Assembly: GCA_947085095.1 (NCBI GenBank)
Contig: CAMTVD010000003.1
Coordinates: forward strand, 1 to 29,438
Length of the DNA: 29,438 bases
Reading direction: 5' to 3'
Source: an uncultured Thermus sp.
Lineage (GTDB): Bacteria; Deinococcota; Deinococci; Deinococcales; Thermaceae
Positions 7,840 through 15,468 of the stretch are shown here, one piece after another. A program made the translations under genes and the position numbers. The stretch's first letter is position 1. Each line of letters begins with the position of its first letter. The notes under the pieces are model-generated. The model was not told the DNA's origin. It was given only the letters and a program-made list of their open reading frames with translations, and ran no database searches.

Positions 7840-8513
7840 GGAAGGCGCTGGAGGTCATCCGGGAGGCCGAAGCGAGGGGGCTTCGCTTCGTGGAGCAGGA
7901 CGGGCGCCTCGGCCTCGAGGGGCCCGAAGAGGTTCGGGCGGCGTTCCGCCAGGAGTACGGGGAGGTCATCCCGGTTTTGAAGGGGGCCATCCTCGCCCTC
8001 CTCCGGGACGAGGCCCGCCTGGACGAGGCCATGGAGGCCAGGCTGGAGTTCGCCCTGGCCTACGAGGCGAAGCTGGAGACGGAAGCAGAGGAGGACGGCG
8101 CCCCTGCCTGGCTCGCCTACACCATGTGGTGCCTCCTGGCGGACGCGCTGAACGGCTTCGTCCTCCGGGGGCTCGGGGACGACTGGCCTAAGGTCCAGGC
8201 CGCCGTGGCGAGCGGAAAGGGGCGGGAGCTCCGGGAGCGGGCCTTGGAGCGGTGGGCGGAGGTCTACAAGGCCATGGAGGCCCACCGCTTCCGGATGCGC
8301 TGGGAGGACGAGGCCTGGCGCGAGGAGCTTTGCCGCATGGGCCAGGAGGCGGAGCTATGGGCCTGGCGGGCCTGGCTGGTGGAGCTCGCCAAGAAGAACC
8401 CTGAGGCCGAAGGCCAGGACGAGCTGGACCCCTGGGTGGACCTCCGGCCCTGGGCGGTGTGGTTGGCGAGGAACGGGAAGCGGCTCGGGCTCGTTTGGAG
8501 GGAAGCGGCGTGA
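7833..8513 (+). CDS. Hypothetical protein
   Basis: GGAGG RBS, coupled to the helicase. N-terminus (AEARGLRFVEQDGRLGLEGP) resembles the small TubC-N-like module seen in phage replication regions. Confidence 0.65.
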   Translation: MVRKALEVIREAEARGLRFVEQDGRLGLEGPEEVRAAFRQEYGEVIPVLKGAILALLRDEARLDEAMEARLEFALAYEAKLETEAEEDGAPAWLAYTMWCLLADALNGFVLRGLGDDWPKVQAAVASGKGRELRERALERWAEVYKAMEAHRFRMRWEDEAWREELCRMGQEAELWAWRAWLVELAKKNPEAEGQDELDPWVDLRPWAVWLARNGKRLGLVWREAA

Positions 8514-8524
8514 GGAGGTAGGCC

Positions 8525-8929
8525 GTGGTAGTTCGCATCCTCAACCGCAGTGATGGCGGGTCGGGGGTTTACGTTGGCCGCCCTTCCCGCTTCGGGAACC
8601 CCTACCGCGTGGGCGAGGACGGCACGCGTGAGCAGGTCATAGCCCTCTACCGCGAGTATTTCGCGGCCAAGTCGGAGTTTGATAGCCGCTTCCGCGAGGC
8701 CCTGGAAGCCCTCTACGCCAAGGTCAGGCGCCACGGCGAACTGAACCTCGTGTGCTGGTGCGCTCCGAAGCCGTGCCATGCCGAGGTCATCGCCGAGTGG
8801 ATTGTGCGGAGGGGGAAGGAGGAGGGCCTCGAGGTTCGGGTGGAGGTGGCCCGTGCAAGGAGCGGTAGTGGTGGCGGCGTACTGCCCGGCCACGGCCACG
8901 TGGGAGGCCGTGGTGGTCGCCGGAGGTAG
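8525..8929 (+). CDS. DUF4326 family protein
   Basis: VYVGRPSRFGNPY…LNLVCWCAPKPCHAEVI signature. Confidence 0.88.
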   Translation: MVVRILNRSDGGSGVYVGRPSRFGNPYRVGEDGTREQVIALYREYFAAKSEFDSRFREALEALYAKVRRHGELNLVCWCAPKPCHAEVIAEWIVRRGKEEGLEVRVEVARARSGSGGGVLPGHGHVGGRGGRRR

Positions 8930-9083
8930 GGTGGTGGGCTACGGCTCCTCCCCCGACTACGGCGTGGCCGTGGAGGCGGCGGTCCTCGAGGCCCGGGCCC
9001 GGGGGGTAGAGGTTCTCCCCCCTCCTCGCCCCCGCTCTGGCCTCGGGTGGTTCTGGGAGTGGTTAAAGGAGGTGCTGGGATGA
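8853..9083 (+). CDS. Hypothetical protein
   Basis: GGAGGTGG RBS before GTG 8853 (MQGAVVVAAY…). Ends in an ATGA overlap with the next gene. Confidence 0.55.
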   Translation: MQGAVVVAAYCPATATWEAVVVAGGRVVGYGSSPDYGVAVEAAVLEARARGVEVLPPPRPRSGLGWFWEWLKEVLG

Positions 9084-9280
9084 GGCCGCGTATGTACACC
9101 GTCCCCTGCCCCGTGGAGGGGTGCGAGAGGAAGGCCAAGGTGCACAGGAGCATGCCCGCCGGGTACACGGGCCTCTGCCCGTGCCAGGCGGTGTGGCTCC
9201 AGCTGGGCTGGTCCACCACCGCCGACTACGACCGTGTCCCCTACCTGGTGGTCCTGCGGAAGAAGCGGAGGAGGGGATGA
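9080..9280 (+). CDS. Small Cys-rich hypothetical protein
   Basis: AAGGAGG RBS, CPVEGC and CPC motifs, ATGA coupling at both ends. Confidence 0.6.
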   Translation: MRPRMYTVPCPVEGCERKAKVHRSMPAGYTGLCPCQAVWLQLGWSTTADYDRVPYLVVLRKKRRRG

Positions 9281-9525
9281 GGGTCCTCGGGCGGGCGGAA
9301 GAGGCGCTAGCGCATCTCGCGGAGGCGGTGGGGTACTACTGCCCCCCTGAGCTGGTCCTCGAGGCTGAGCGGTGGCTGGATGACTTGCGGGAGGCGCTTA
9401 GGGAGGGCGCGGAAGCGAGCCGGGCGCTAGAGGCGTGCCGCGCCCGGGAGCGCCTGTCATCCCAGGAGCGGTTGCGGCTCAAGGAGGCTGTCATTAAGGC
9501 GCGGGAGATTTTGGAGCGGATATGA
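9277..9525 (+). CDS. Hypothetical protein
   Basis: GGAGG RBS, ATGA overlaps, helical charged sequence (MRVLGRAEEALAHL…). Confidence 0.6.
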   Translation: MRVLGRAEEALAHLAEAVGYYCPPELVLEAERWLDDLREALREGAEASRALEACRARERLSSQERLRLKEAVIKAREILERI

Positions 9526-9692
9526 CCCTGGCGGATCTGCTTTTGGCCTACGTTCTCGCCACGCTCACGGGGCTCGCTGTCCTGCTTCGCCCTCGCCGCG
9601 AGCCCCTGCCGGAGGGGGCGAGCGTGGGGTTTTTGGTTCTCGTGGGGGTTTTATGGCTAATGTTCTTCCTCGCGCTCGTTCTGTGGCGCTAG
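9522..9692 (+). CDS. 56-aa two-transmembrane protein (absent from the ORF track)
   Basis: MTLADLLLAYVLATLTGLAVLLRPRREPLPEGASVGFLVLVGVLWLMFFLALVLWR*. GGAG RBS and ATGA coupling with the upstream gene. Confidence 0.65.
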   Translation: MTLADLLLAYVLATLTGLAVLLRPRREPLPEGASVGFLVLVGVLWLMFFLALVLWR

Positions 9693-10033
9693 AGGCCACT
9701 CTTCCATGGCCGCCCTCGGTGAACCACTACTGGGCGGCCAGGGGGAATGGCCGCTACCTCTCCCCCCACGCCCAGCGGTGGCACAAGGAGGCGTGGGCCA
9801 CCCTGCGCGCCGCGTGGCGCGGGAAGCCCATGCGGGGGGAGGTGGCGGTGCTCGTCGTCCTTCATCCCCCGGACCGGAGGAGGCGGGACCTGGACAACAT
9901 CCTGAAGGCGGTCCTGGACGCGCTCGTGCACGCGGGGGTGCTCCAGGACGACTCCCAGGTGGCGGAGCTTCACGCCGTGCGGCGAGAGGCGCGCCGTCCT
10001 GGACGGGTGGAGATACGGGTGGAGAGATTCTGA
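9653..10033 (+). CDS. rusA: RusA-family Holliday junction resolvase
   Basis: LPWPPSVNHYW, PPDRRRRDLDNILKAVLDAL and DDSQV motifs. True start may be GTG 9683. Confidence 0.93.
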   Translation: MANVLPRARSVALEATLPWPPSVNHYWAARGNGRYLSPHAQRWHKEAWATLRAAWRGKPMRGEVAVLVVLHPPDRRRRDLDNILKAVLDALVHAGVLQDDSQVAELHAVRREARRPGRVEIRVERF

Positions 10034-10200
10034 CATCCTCCCCGTTCTGAAGAACGGGGGCTCCTACACGGAGCTTGCGAGGTTGGAGTCTGCATGAGCC
10101 GAAGCCCATACCTTTACCCCATCCAGCCCCTCCTCTACGGGAGGAGCCTGTCCGGGTTGCCCCAGACGGGCCGTGTCAGGCGGCCCATAGCGCAGCAGTC
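10030..10200 (-). ncRNA. omegaRNA (reRNA)-like scaffold at the element right end; 5' boundary approximate
   Basis: Consecutive minus-strand hairpins GGGCCG/CGGCCC (10186-10168), GTCTGGG-GCAA-CCCGGAC (10167-10150), CTCCTC/GAGGAG (10146-10130) and GTATGGGC-TTCG-GCTCATGC (10111-10092), with GNRA/UUCG tetraloops and G-U pairs, abutting the right end. Confidence 0.62.
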
Positions 10201-10386
10201 CAGCCGCTACGCCAATGCACTTGTTATCCCGGTACGCCGTGGCAAGGCCGTCACAGACGGTAGGCGTGGGGTTGCCGTGCATGGCAAAACTGTAGCACAT
10301 CAGCGGATGGACGTGCTACACCGAGCTTCGCTCGGCTTTCGCTTCCTTCCCGGTTTGAAAACCGGGGCATCCGCGGAAGGAGTTTT
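10030..10386 (-). mobile_element. Non-autonomous IS200/IS605-family miniature element (no tnpA, tnpB deleted)
   Basis: On the minus strand: target TCAC (10390-10387), left guide GATG plus hairpin CCCGGTTT-TC-AAACCGGG (10366-10349), right guide GAGC plus hairpin CCCCGTTCT-TC-AGAACGGGG (10059-10040), then AGGATG and the TCAG end. Both guides predict their cleavage tetranucleotides under the IS608 pairing rule. Composition differs from the flanks. Confidence 0.88.
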
Positions 10387-10568
10387 GTGACCCTCACGGG
10401 CCGGGAGGTCCAATCCCTCCCGGCACCGAGGTACCGGCCCAAATCGGGAGTTTCCGGTCTCCCTGACCAAAACCGGCCCCCCAACAAAATCTTGGGGTGA
10501 ACACCGCTTCCCCCAGGCGCTCGGAGGGCCGGGGGCGCCTGAGGAGGGGCGGGTAGGAGGAGGTGGAA

Positions 10569-11051
10569 GTGTCTAGGAAGTGCACCATCTGCACCCACCC
10601 CCAGCGGGCGGAGATAGACCGAGAGCTCGCAGAAGGGAGGTCTATCCGAGACATAGCGAGACGCTATAGCGTTTCACGCCCTTCCCTTCACCGCCACCGC
10701 ACGCACGTCCAGGACGCTGTTCAACGGGCGGTTGAAGCCAAGGCGGTCCAGGTCGGCGTGTCCGTTTTGGACCGCATCAGGGAGCTGAACCGCGAGGCCC
10801 GCGCCCTTCTGGAAGAAGCTCGCTCAAAGGGACGCTACGCGGCGGCGGTCCAGGCGATTGGGGCGGCTACCAGGCTTTTGGAACTAGAGGCCAAGCTCCT
10901 CGGGGAGCTAGACGAGCGTCCCAGCGTCCAGGTGGCGCTGGTGGCGAGCCCGGAGTGGGCCCGGCTGAGGGCGGTGGTCCTCGAGGCCCTGGCCCCCTAC
11001 CCCGAGGCCAGGGCCGCCCTGGTGGAACGTCTGGAGGCGGAGGGTGCGTGA
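10569..11051 (+). CDS. Terminase small subunit
   Basis: CTICTHPQRAEIDRELAEGRSIRDIARRYSVSRPSLHRH (Zn/HTH) then coiled coil. Strong GGAGGAGG RBS. Directly upstream of the large subunit. Confidence 0.8.
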   Translation: MSRKCTICTHPQRAEIDRELAEGRSIRDIARRYSVSRPSLHRHRTHVQDAVQRAVEAKAVQVGVSVLDRIRELNREARALLEEARSKGRYAAAVQAIGAATRLLELEAKLLGELDERPSVQVALVASPEWARLRAVVLEALAPYPEARAALVERLEAEGA

Positions 11052-12297
11052 GCTCGCCCAGGACCTGGCCCTCGCCCTAGACCCCACGGTGGTCCTCAAG
11101 CGGGCGGGTGTCACGCCCGCCCCCTGGCAGCGGCGGGCCCTCCTCTCCCCGTCCCCCCGCCTTCTCCTCCTCGCCTCGCGTCAGGCGGGGAAGAGCACCA
11201 CCGCCGCCGCTCTCGCCCTCCACACCGCCCTGGTGCGCCAGGAGGCCACGGTGCTCCTCATCGCCCCCTCCCAGCGGCAGAGCCAGGAGCTCGCCAACCG
11301 GGTGCGGCGCTTCGCCCAGGTCCTCGGCCTGGAGCTCCAGGCGGAGAGCGCCCTTCGGCTGGAACTCCGAGGGGGGAGCCGGGTCATCGCCCTCCCCGCC
11401 AAAGAGGGAACCATCCGGGGCTACAGCGCCCACCTCGTGGTCCTGGACGAGGCCGCGTGGATCCCCGACGACCTCTACGCCGCCGTGCGCCCCATGCTGG
11501 CCGCCACCCGTGGCCGTCTGGTGGCCATCTCCACCCCCTTCGGCACCCGGGGCTGGTTCTGGCGGGAGTGGGTGGAAGGGGAGGGGTGGGAGCGGGTGAT
11601 GGTGACGGCCTACGACGTGCCCCACCTGGACCCGGCGTTCCTGGAGGAGGAGCGCCGCGCCCTGGGAGAGTGGCGATTTCGGCAGGAGTACCTGTGTGAG
11701 TTCCTCTCCTCGGGCGGGGCCATCCCCGAGGAGGACGTGGAGCGGGCCACACGCCTCCCCGGCCCCGAGGAGCCCCGGGAGGGGCGGCGCTACGTGGCGG
11801 GGCTGGACCTCGCCCGCGTCCACGACTGGACCGCCCTCGCCATCGTGGACGCCACGGAGCCCGAGGCCATGCGCCTGGTGCGCCTGGAGCGCTGGCGGGC
11901 AGAGTGGGAAGAGACGGTGGAGCGGGTCCTGAGCCTCGTCCGCCCCTACGCCCCGAGGCTACTCGTGGACGCCACGGGCGTGGGGGATCCGGTCTACGAG
12001 CGCCTGCGGCGGGCCTATCCCAATGTCTACCCGTACCGGTTTTCCCACGCCACAAAGCCCCCCCTGGTCACCGAACTTCGCCTGGCCCTCGCCGAGGGGA
12101 GGCTTCTCCTCTACCCGGACCCCGCCCTCCTCGGGGAGCTCCGGGCCCTCGAGGCCCGCCAGACGGCCTACGGGGTGAGCTACGAGGCCCCGTCCGGGGC
12201 GCACGACGACACGGTGATGGCCCTGGCCCTCGCGGTGTGGGCGGCCCGGCATGCGGCCCCTACTGGTGGGCCCTACCGGGTGAAGGGGAGGTGGTAG
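11044..12297 (+). CDS. Terminase large subunit
   Basis: ASRQAGKS Walker A, IRGYSAHLVVLDEAAW Walker B, ISTPFG, FRQEYLCEF, nuclease GLDLARVHDWT, DATGVG and HDDTVMALALA. Confidence 0.95.
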   Translation: MRELAQDLALALDPTVVLKRAGVTPAPWQRRALLSPSPRLLLLASRQAGKSTTAAALALHTALVRQEATVLLIAPSQRQSQELANRVRRFAQVLGLELQAESALRLELRGGSRVIALPAKEGTIRGYSAHLVVLDEAAWIPDDLYAAVRPMLAATRGRLVAISTPFGTRGWFWREWVEGEGWERVMVTAYDVPHLDPAFLEEERRALGEWRFRQEYLCEFLSSGGAIPEEDVERATRLPGPEEPREGRRYVAGLDLARVHDWTALAIVDATEPEAMRLVRLERWRAEWEETVERVLSLVRPYAPRLLVDATGVGDPVYERLRRAYPNVYPYRFSHATKPPLVTELRLALAEGRLLLYPDPALLGELRALEARQTAYGVSYEAPSGAHDDTVMALALAVWAARHAAPTGGPYRVKGRW

Positions 12298-12521
12298 TGG
12301 GCTCCAAAGAGCTGTATGCTAGGGCTAAGCTGGGCAAGACTCTACCCTGCCCCCGGTGCGGCTCCACGGAGGTGGAGTCCAGGGGGCGGGTGGGCGTGGA
12401 GGGGGTATGGCCGGACGTGATGCTGGTGCGGCGGTACAGGTGCAGGCGCTGCGGGCTTACGTACGAGAGCGCCGAGGTCGCTCTGACGTTGACCCCGCCC
12501 TCCTCGTCTGGGGCGCTCTGA
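12297..12521 (+). CDS. Zinc-ribbon protein (Ogr/Delta- or NrdR-N-like), candidate regulator
   Basis: GGAGG RBS. CPRCGSTEVESRG…RRYRCRRCGLTYESAE. Confidence 0.65.
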   Translation: MGSKELYARAKLGKTLPCPRCGSTEVESRGRVGVEGVWPDVMLVRRYRCRRCGLTYESAEVALTLTPPSSSGAL

Positions 12522-12529
12522 ACGCCCGC

Positions 12530-12811
12530 ATGCGCCGCGTGGGGCCTCCCGGCCGGGGGCGCCGGGAGGAGGTGGAGCGGCTGGTGGGTCAAGCGGGGAG
12601 CTACGCCCTGCGGGTGGGGGGGCGCTGGTACCCCTGGGACACAGTGCGTGAGGCCCTGCGGCGGGCCCTGGAGCTGGACCGCCCGCCCCACGAGCGGAGC
12701 CGGGAGGCGCGGGACCTGGCGGCCTTCCTCTGGTCCCCTCGCCCCGACCGGGTGGGCTATGTCCTAGCCCGCCCCAGGCTCCTCCAGATATGGAGGGAGA
12801 TTCATGGCTAA
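12530..12811 (+). CDS. Hypothetical protein (start uncertain)
   Basis: Fills the gap before the portal gene with host-like codon usage and overlaps the portal start. The frame is open further upstream. Confidence 0.5.
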   Translation: MRRVGPPGRGRREEVERLVGQAGSYALRVGGRWYPWDTVREALRRALELDRPPHERSREARDLAAFLWSPRPDRVGYVLARPRLLQIWREIHG

Positions 12812-14231
12812 GGAGAAGGTGAACACCTACCAGGAGCCTCGGGGCTGGCTCCGGGCCGAGTGGACCCCGGCGGAGGTCCGCACCGTCTGGGCCATCGCCC
12901 AGCAGGGGGACATGCGGCCCGTGGCCGAGCTTGCCCGGGCCATCTTGGGGGACGAGCGGGCGCAGGGGGTCCTCTCCGTGCGGGTCCGGGCCCTCCTCGG
13001 CCTCCCCTTCACTCTGGAGCCCGCCCCCGGCGGGGAGCGCTGGGCGAAGCTTTTAGAGGAGCGGTGGTGGAGCCTCTTCCCCGAGGAGGCCCTGCACGAC
13101 CTCATGGTCTGGGCCCTCCTCACGGGGGTGGGGCTCGCCGCCCTCTCCTGGGTGGAAGAGGACGGCCTCCTCTGGCCCCGGCTGGACGTCTGGAACCCGG
13201 GGGCCCTGGTGATGCGGGACGGGGCGTGGCGCGTGCGGGACGCCACAGGGCAGGAGCATCTGCTGGAGCGGGGGATGTGGCTCCTCTACACCCCCTACGG
13301 GCCGAAGCGCCCGTGGGAAAAGGGGCTCTGGCGGACCCTCGCCCTCCCCTGGCTGGTGAAAGCTGACGCCATCCGGTACTGGGCCCGTGACAACGAGGTG
13401 GGGGCCCTCAGGGTGGCCTACACCGATGGGCCCACGGGGGAGACGGGAAAGGAGCTCGCCCAGCTCCTGGCGGACCTCGGAGGTGACACGGGCCTCGTCC
13501 TCCCCGAGGGGTGGCGGCTGGACGTGCTCTCGCCCTCGGCGGAGGTGTGGCGCTCCAAGGCGGAGGCCATCGCCTGGGCGGACCGGGCCATGACCATCGC
13601 CATACTCGGGCAGAACCTCACCACGGACGTCCAGGGCGGGAGCTACGCCGCCGCGCGGGTGCACGAGGCCGTGCGAGCGGACCTCCTGGAGGCGGACGTG
13701 GAGACCCTAGCCACCGGGCTCAGGAACGGCGTCCTGGCCCTCTGGGCCGAGTGGAACGCGGGAGACCCTGCCCTCGCCCCCTGGCCTCGCTGGGACCCCA
13801 GGCCCCCCGAGGACCTGGCCGCCCGGGCGGAGACCCTGCAGCGGTTGGCCCAGGCCGTGGCGACCTTCGCCCAGGCGGGGGCGAACGTGGACCTGGACGC
13901 CCTCCTGGAGGAGTACGGCCTCCCCGTGCGGAAAGGGCAGGGGCTCGTGCGCCTCGCCTCGGGGGACCCGCCCCAGGAGGCCCCGGGCTTCGTCCAGGGG
14001 CAGCTCTACGCCGACGCCCTCGCGGATCGCCTCCTATCCCGCCTCCCCGACCCCCTGGCGGGCCTCGAGGCCGAACTCGCCCAGGCCCAGAGCTACGAGG
14101 AGGTGCGGGGCCTCCTCATGCGCCGCTTCCGGGAGGCCTCCCCTGAGGAGGTGGCCGCCCTCACGGAGCGGGCCCTGGCCCTCGCGGGACTGGCGGGGCG
14201 GTACTCGGTGATCCGCGATGTGGAGCGTTAG
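12804..14231 (+). CDS. Portal protein (Mu gp29/DUF935-like)
   Basis: IAILGQNLTTDVQGGSYAAARVHEAVRADLLEAD motif. Position after terminase. Confidence 0.92.
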   Translation: MAKEKVNTYQEPRGWLRAEWTPAEVRTVWAIAQQGDMRPVAELARAILGDERAQGVLSVRVRALLGLPFTLEPAPGGERWAKLLEERWWSLFPEEALHDLMVWALLTGVGLAALSWVEEDGLLWPRLDVWNPGALVMRDGAWRVRDATGQEHLLERGMWLLYTPYGPKRPWEKGLWRTLALPWLVKADAIRYWARDNEVGALRVAYTDGPTGETGKELAQLLADLGGDTGLVLPEGWRLDVLSPSAEVWRSKAEAIAWADRAMTIAILGQNLTTDVQGGSYAAARVHEAVRADLLEADVETLATGLRNGVLALWAEWNAGDPALAPWPRWDPRPPEDLAARAETLQRLAQAVATFAQAGANVDLDALLEEYGLPVRKGQGLVRLASGDPPQEAPGFVQGQLYADALADRLLSRLPDPLAGLEAELAQAQSYEEVRGLLMRRFREASPEEVAALTERALALAGLAGRYSVIRDVER

Positions 14232-15357
14232 CGCCGATCCCCTCCGCTTCCAGGAGGCGGTGGAGTGGTTCCGGGGCAAGGTGCCCCTCCTCAAGGGGGA
14301 GTGGGGCCAGCTCACCCAGGAGGCCCGGCGGCGGGCCTTCACCGCCGCCGGGGTGGCCCTCTTGGACCGCCTCGCCCTTCTCCACCAGAGCGTTCTCCGG
14401 GCCCTGGAGGAGGGGACGCCCCTGGAGGAGTGGCGGCAGGAGGCCCTGCGCGTCCTCGGGGAAAGGTGGAGCTACGGCCACCTGGAGACCATCTTCCGCA
14501 ACAACGTCCAGGCCGCCTACTCCGCCGGGAGGTGGGACCAGCTCCAGGACCCCGCCGTGCGTCGCTCCCACCCCTACCTCATGTACGATGCCGTGCTGGA
14601 CAGCCGCACCACGGAGATCTGCCGGGCCCGGGACGGGGTGGTGCGCCCGGCGGACGACCCGTGGTGGAGGTCCAACTGGCCCCCCCTCCACCACAACTGC
14701 CGGAGCGGGGTGCGGGCCCTCACCCGCGCGGAGGCCGAGCGGCGGGGCGTGACCCAGACCCTGCCCAGCCTCCCCCCGCAGGAGGGCTTCGGCCTCTCCC
14801 CGGCGGAGGAGGAGTGGGTGGAGGGCTACGCCAAGGGCCAAAGGGACGCCGCCCGCCTCCCCTGGGCGCCCGCCTTCGCCGGGGAGCCACCCACCTGGCG
14901 CTCCTACGACCTACCTGAACGCCTGGACCCTACGCCCGCCCCCGGAGACCTCCTGCCCACGCTGGCGGAGGTGGGGGAGGCGCGCTTCCTCGCCCTCCTG
15001 GAGGAGCGCTTGGGAGGCCTCCCCGCCCTCCTCGTGGACCCCACGGGCCTCCCCGTGCTGGTGGACCGGGGGCTCGTGGGCCACCTCAAGGGGGATGGGC
15101 GGGAGCGCTTCCTCGCCTGGCTTCCAGACCTGGTGCGGACCCCGCAGGAGGTCTGGCTCCTCCCCCTTCAGCACGAGCGGCGAGTGGTCTTCCGCCAGCG
15201 GTACCTGAAGGTCTACCGGGAGGGGCGGGACCGGCACCTGGTCCTCTCGGCGGAGGTGCACCGGGGGGCCCTGGTAGCCCTGACCTTCGTGGAGTCTAGG
15301 GACTACGCCTATCTCCAAAACCAGCGGGTGGGGTTTCTCCGGTGGGTGGCCAAATGA
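14218..15357 (+). CDS. MuF (Mu gpF/SPP1 gp7) minor head protein with C-terminal PBECR2-like nuclease domain
   Basis: MuF motifs LETIFRNNVQAAYSAGRW, YDAVLDSRTTEICRARDG and PPLHHNCRS. C-terminal GRERFLAWLPDLVRTPQEVW…RYLKVY…TFV…YLQNQRVG resembles PBECR2. Confidence 0.88.
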   Translation: MWSVSADPLRFQEAVEWFRGKVPLLKGEWGQLTQEARRRAFTAAGVALLDRLALLHQSVLRALEEGTPLEEWRQEALRVLGERWSYGHLETIFRNNVQAAYSAGRWDQLQDPAVRRSHPYLMYDAVLDSRTTEICRARDGVVRPADDPWWRSNWPPLHHNCRSGVRALTRAEAERRGVTQTLPSLPPQEGFGLSPAEEEWVEGYAKGQRDAARLPWAPAFAGEPPTWRSYDLPERLDPTPAPGDLLPTLAEVGEARFLALLEERLGGLPALLVDPTGLPVLVDRGLVGHLKGDGRERFLAWLPDLVRTPQEVWLLPLQHERRVVFRQRYLKVYREGRDRHLVLSAEVHRGALVALTFVESRDYAYLQNQRVGFLRWVAK

Positions 15358-15435
15358 AACGGGGAACGCCCCCCTGGAGGGGCGCCCGTCCTGCACCGGG
15401 CTATCGGGAACCCAGGCCCAGCCCGGTGGGTTTGC
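15352..15435 (-). ncRNA. Candidate ~83-nt structured small RNA convergent on the MuF-nuclease gene
   Basis: Own promoter (next feature), 9-bp stem CACCGGGCT/AGCCCGGTG (15428-15420/15402-15394), then a terminal hairpin 15389-15359 followed by UUUCAUUU. Confidence 0.6.
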
Positions 15436-15439
15436 CCTG

Positions 15440-15468
15440 ATTCTAGCACCCCTTGTAGCGGAGTGCAA
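15440..15468 (-). promoter_or_regulatory. Leftward sigma70-type promoter
   Basis: TTGCAC (15468-15463), 17 bp, TG-c-TAGAAT (15445-15440). Confidence 0.75.

Noticed and set aside
10291..10320. TGTAGCA as another integrase arm site
   Set aside because: It is the element's -10 box within an inverted repeat (TGTAGCAC/GTGCTACA), 10 kb from att, so the match is likely coincidental.
10064..10390. ORFs 10064-10300 (-), 10075-10263 (+) and 10094-10390 (+) as real genes
   Set aside because: Atypical codon usage; the region is better explained as a structured IS605-derived element.
15352..15435. Hammerhead or HDV-like (theta) ribozyme, or tRNA
   Set aside because: No CUGANGA/GAAA core, HDV L3/J4-2 consensus or cloverleaf could be fitted by eye on either strand.
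14911..15468. 185-aa minus-strand ORF as an immunity protein for the MuF nuclease
   Set aside because: Its TTG start is the -35 box itself, it is antisense to the toxin domain, and a terminator-like hairpin interrupts it.
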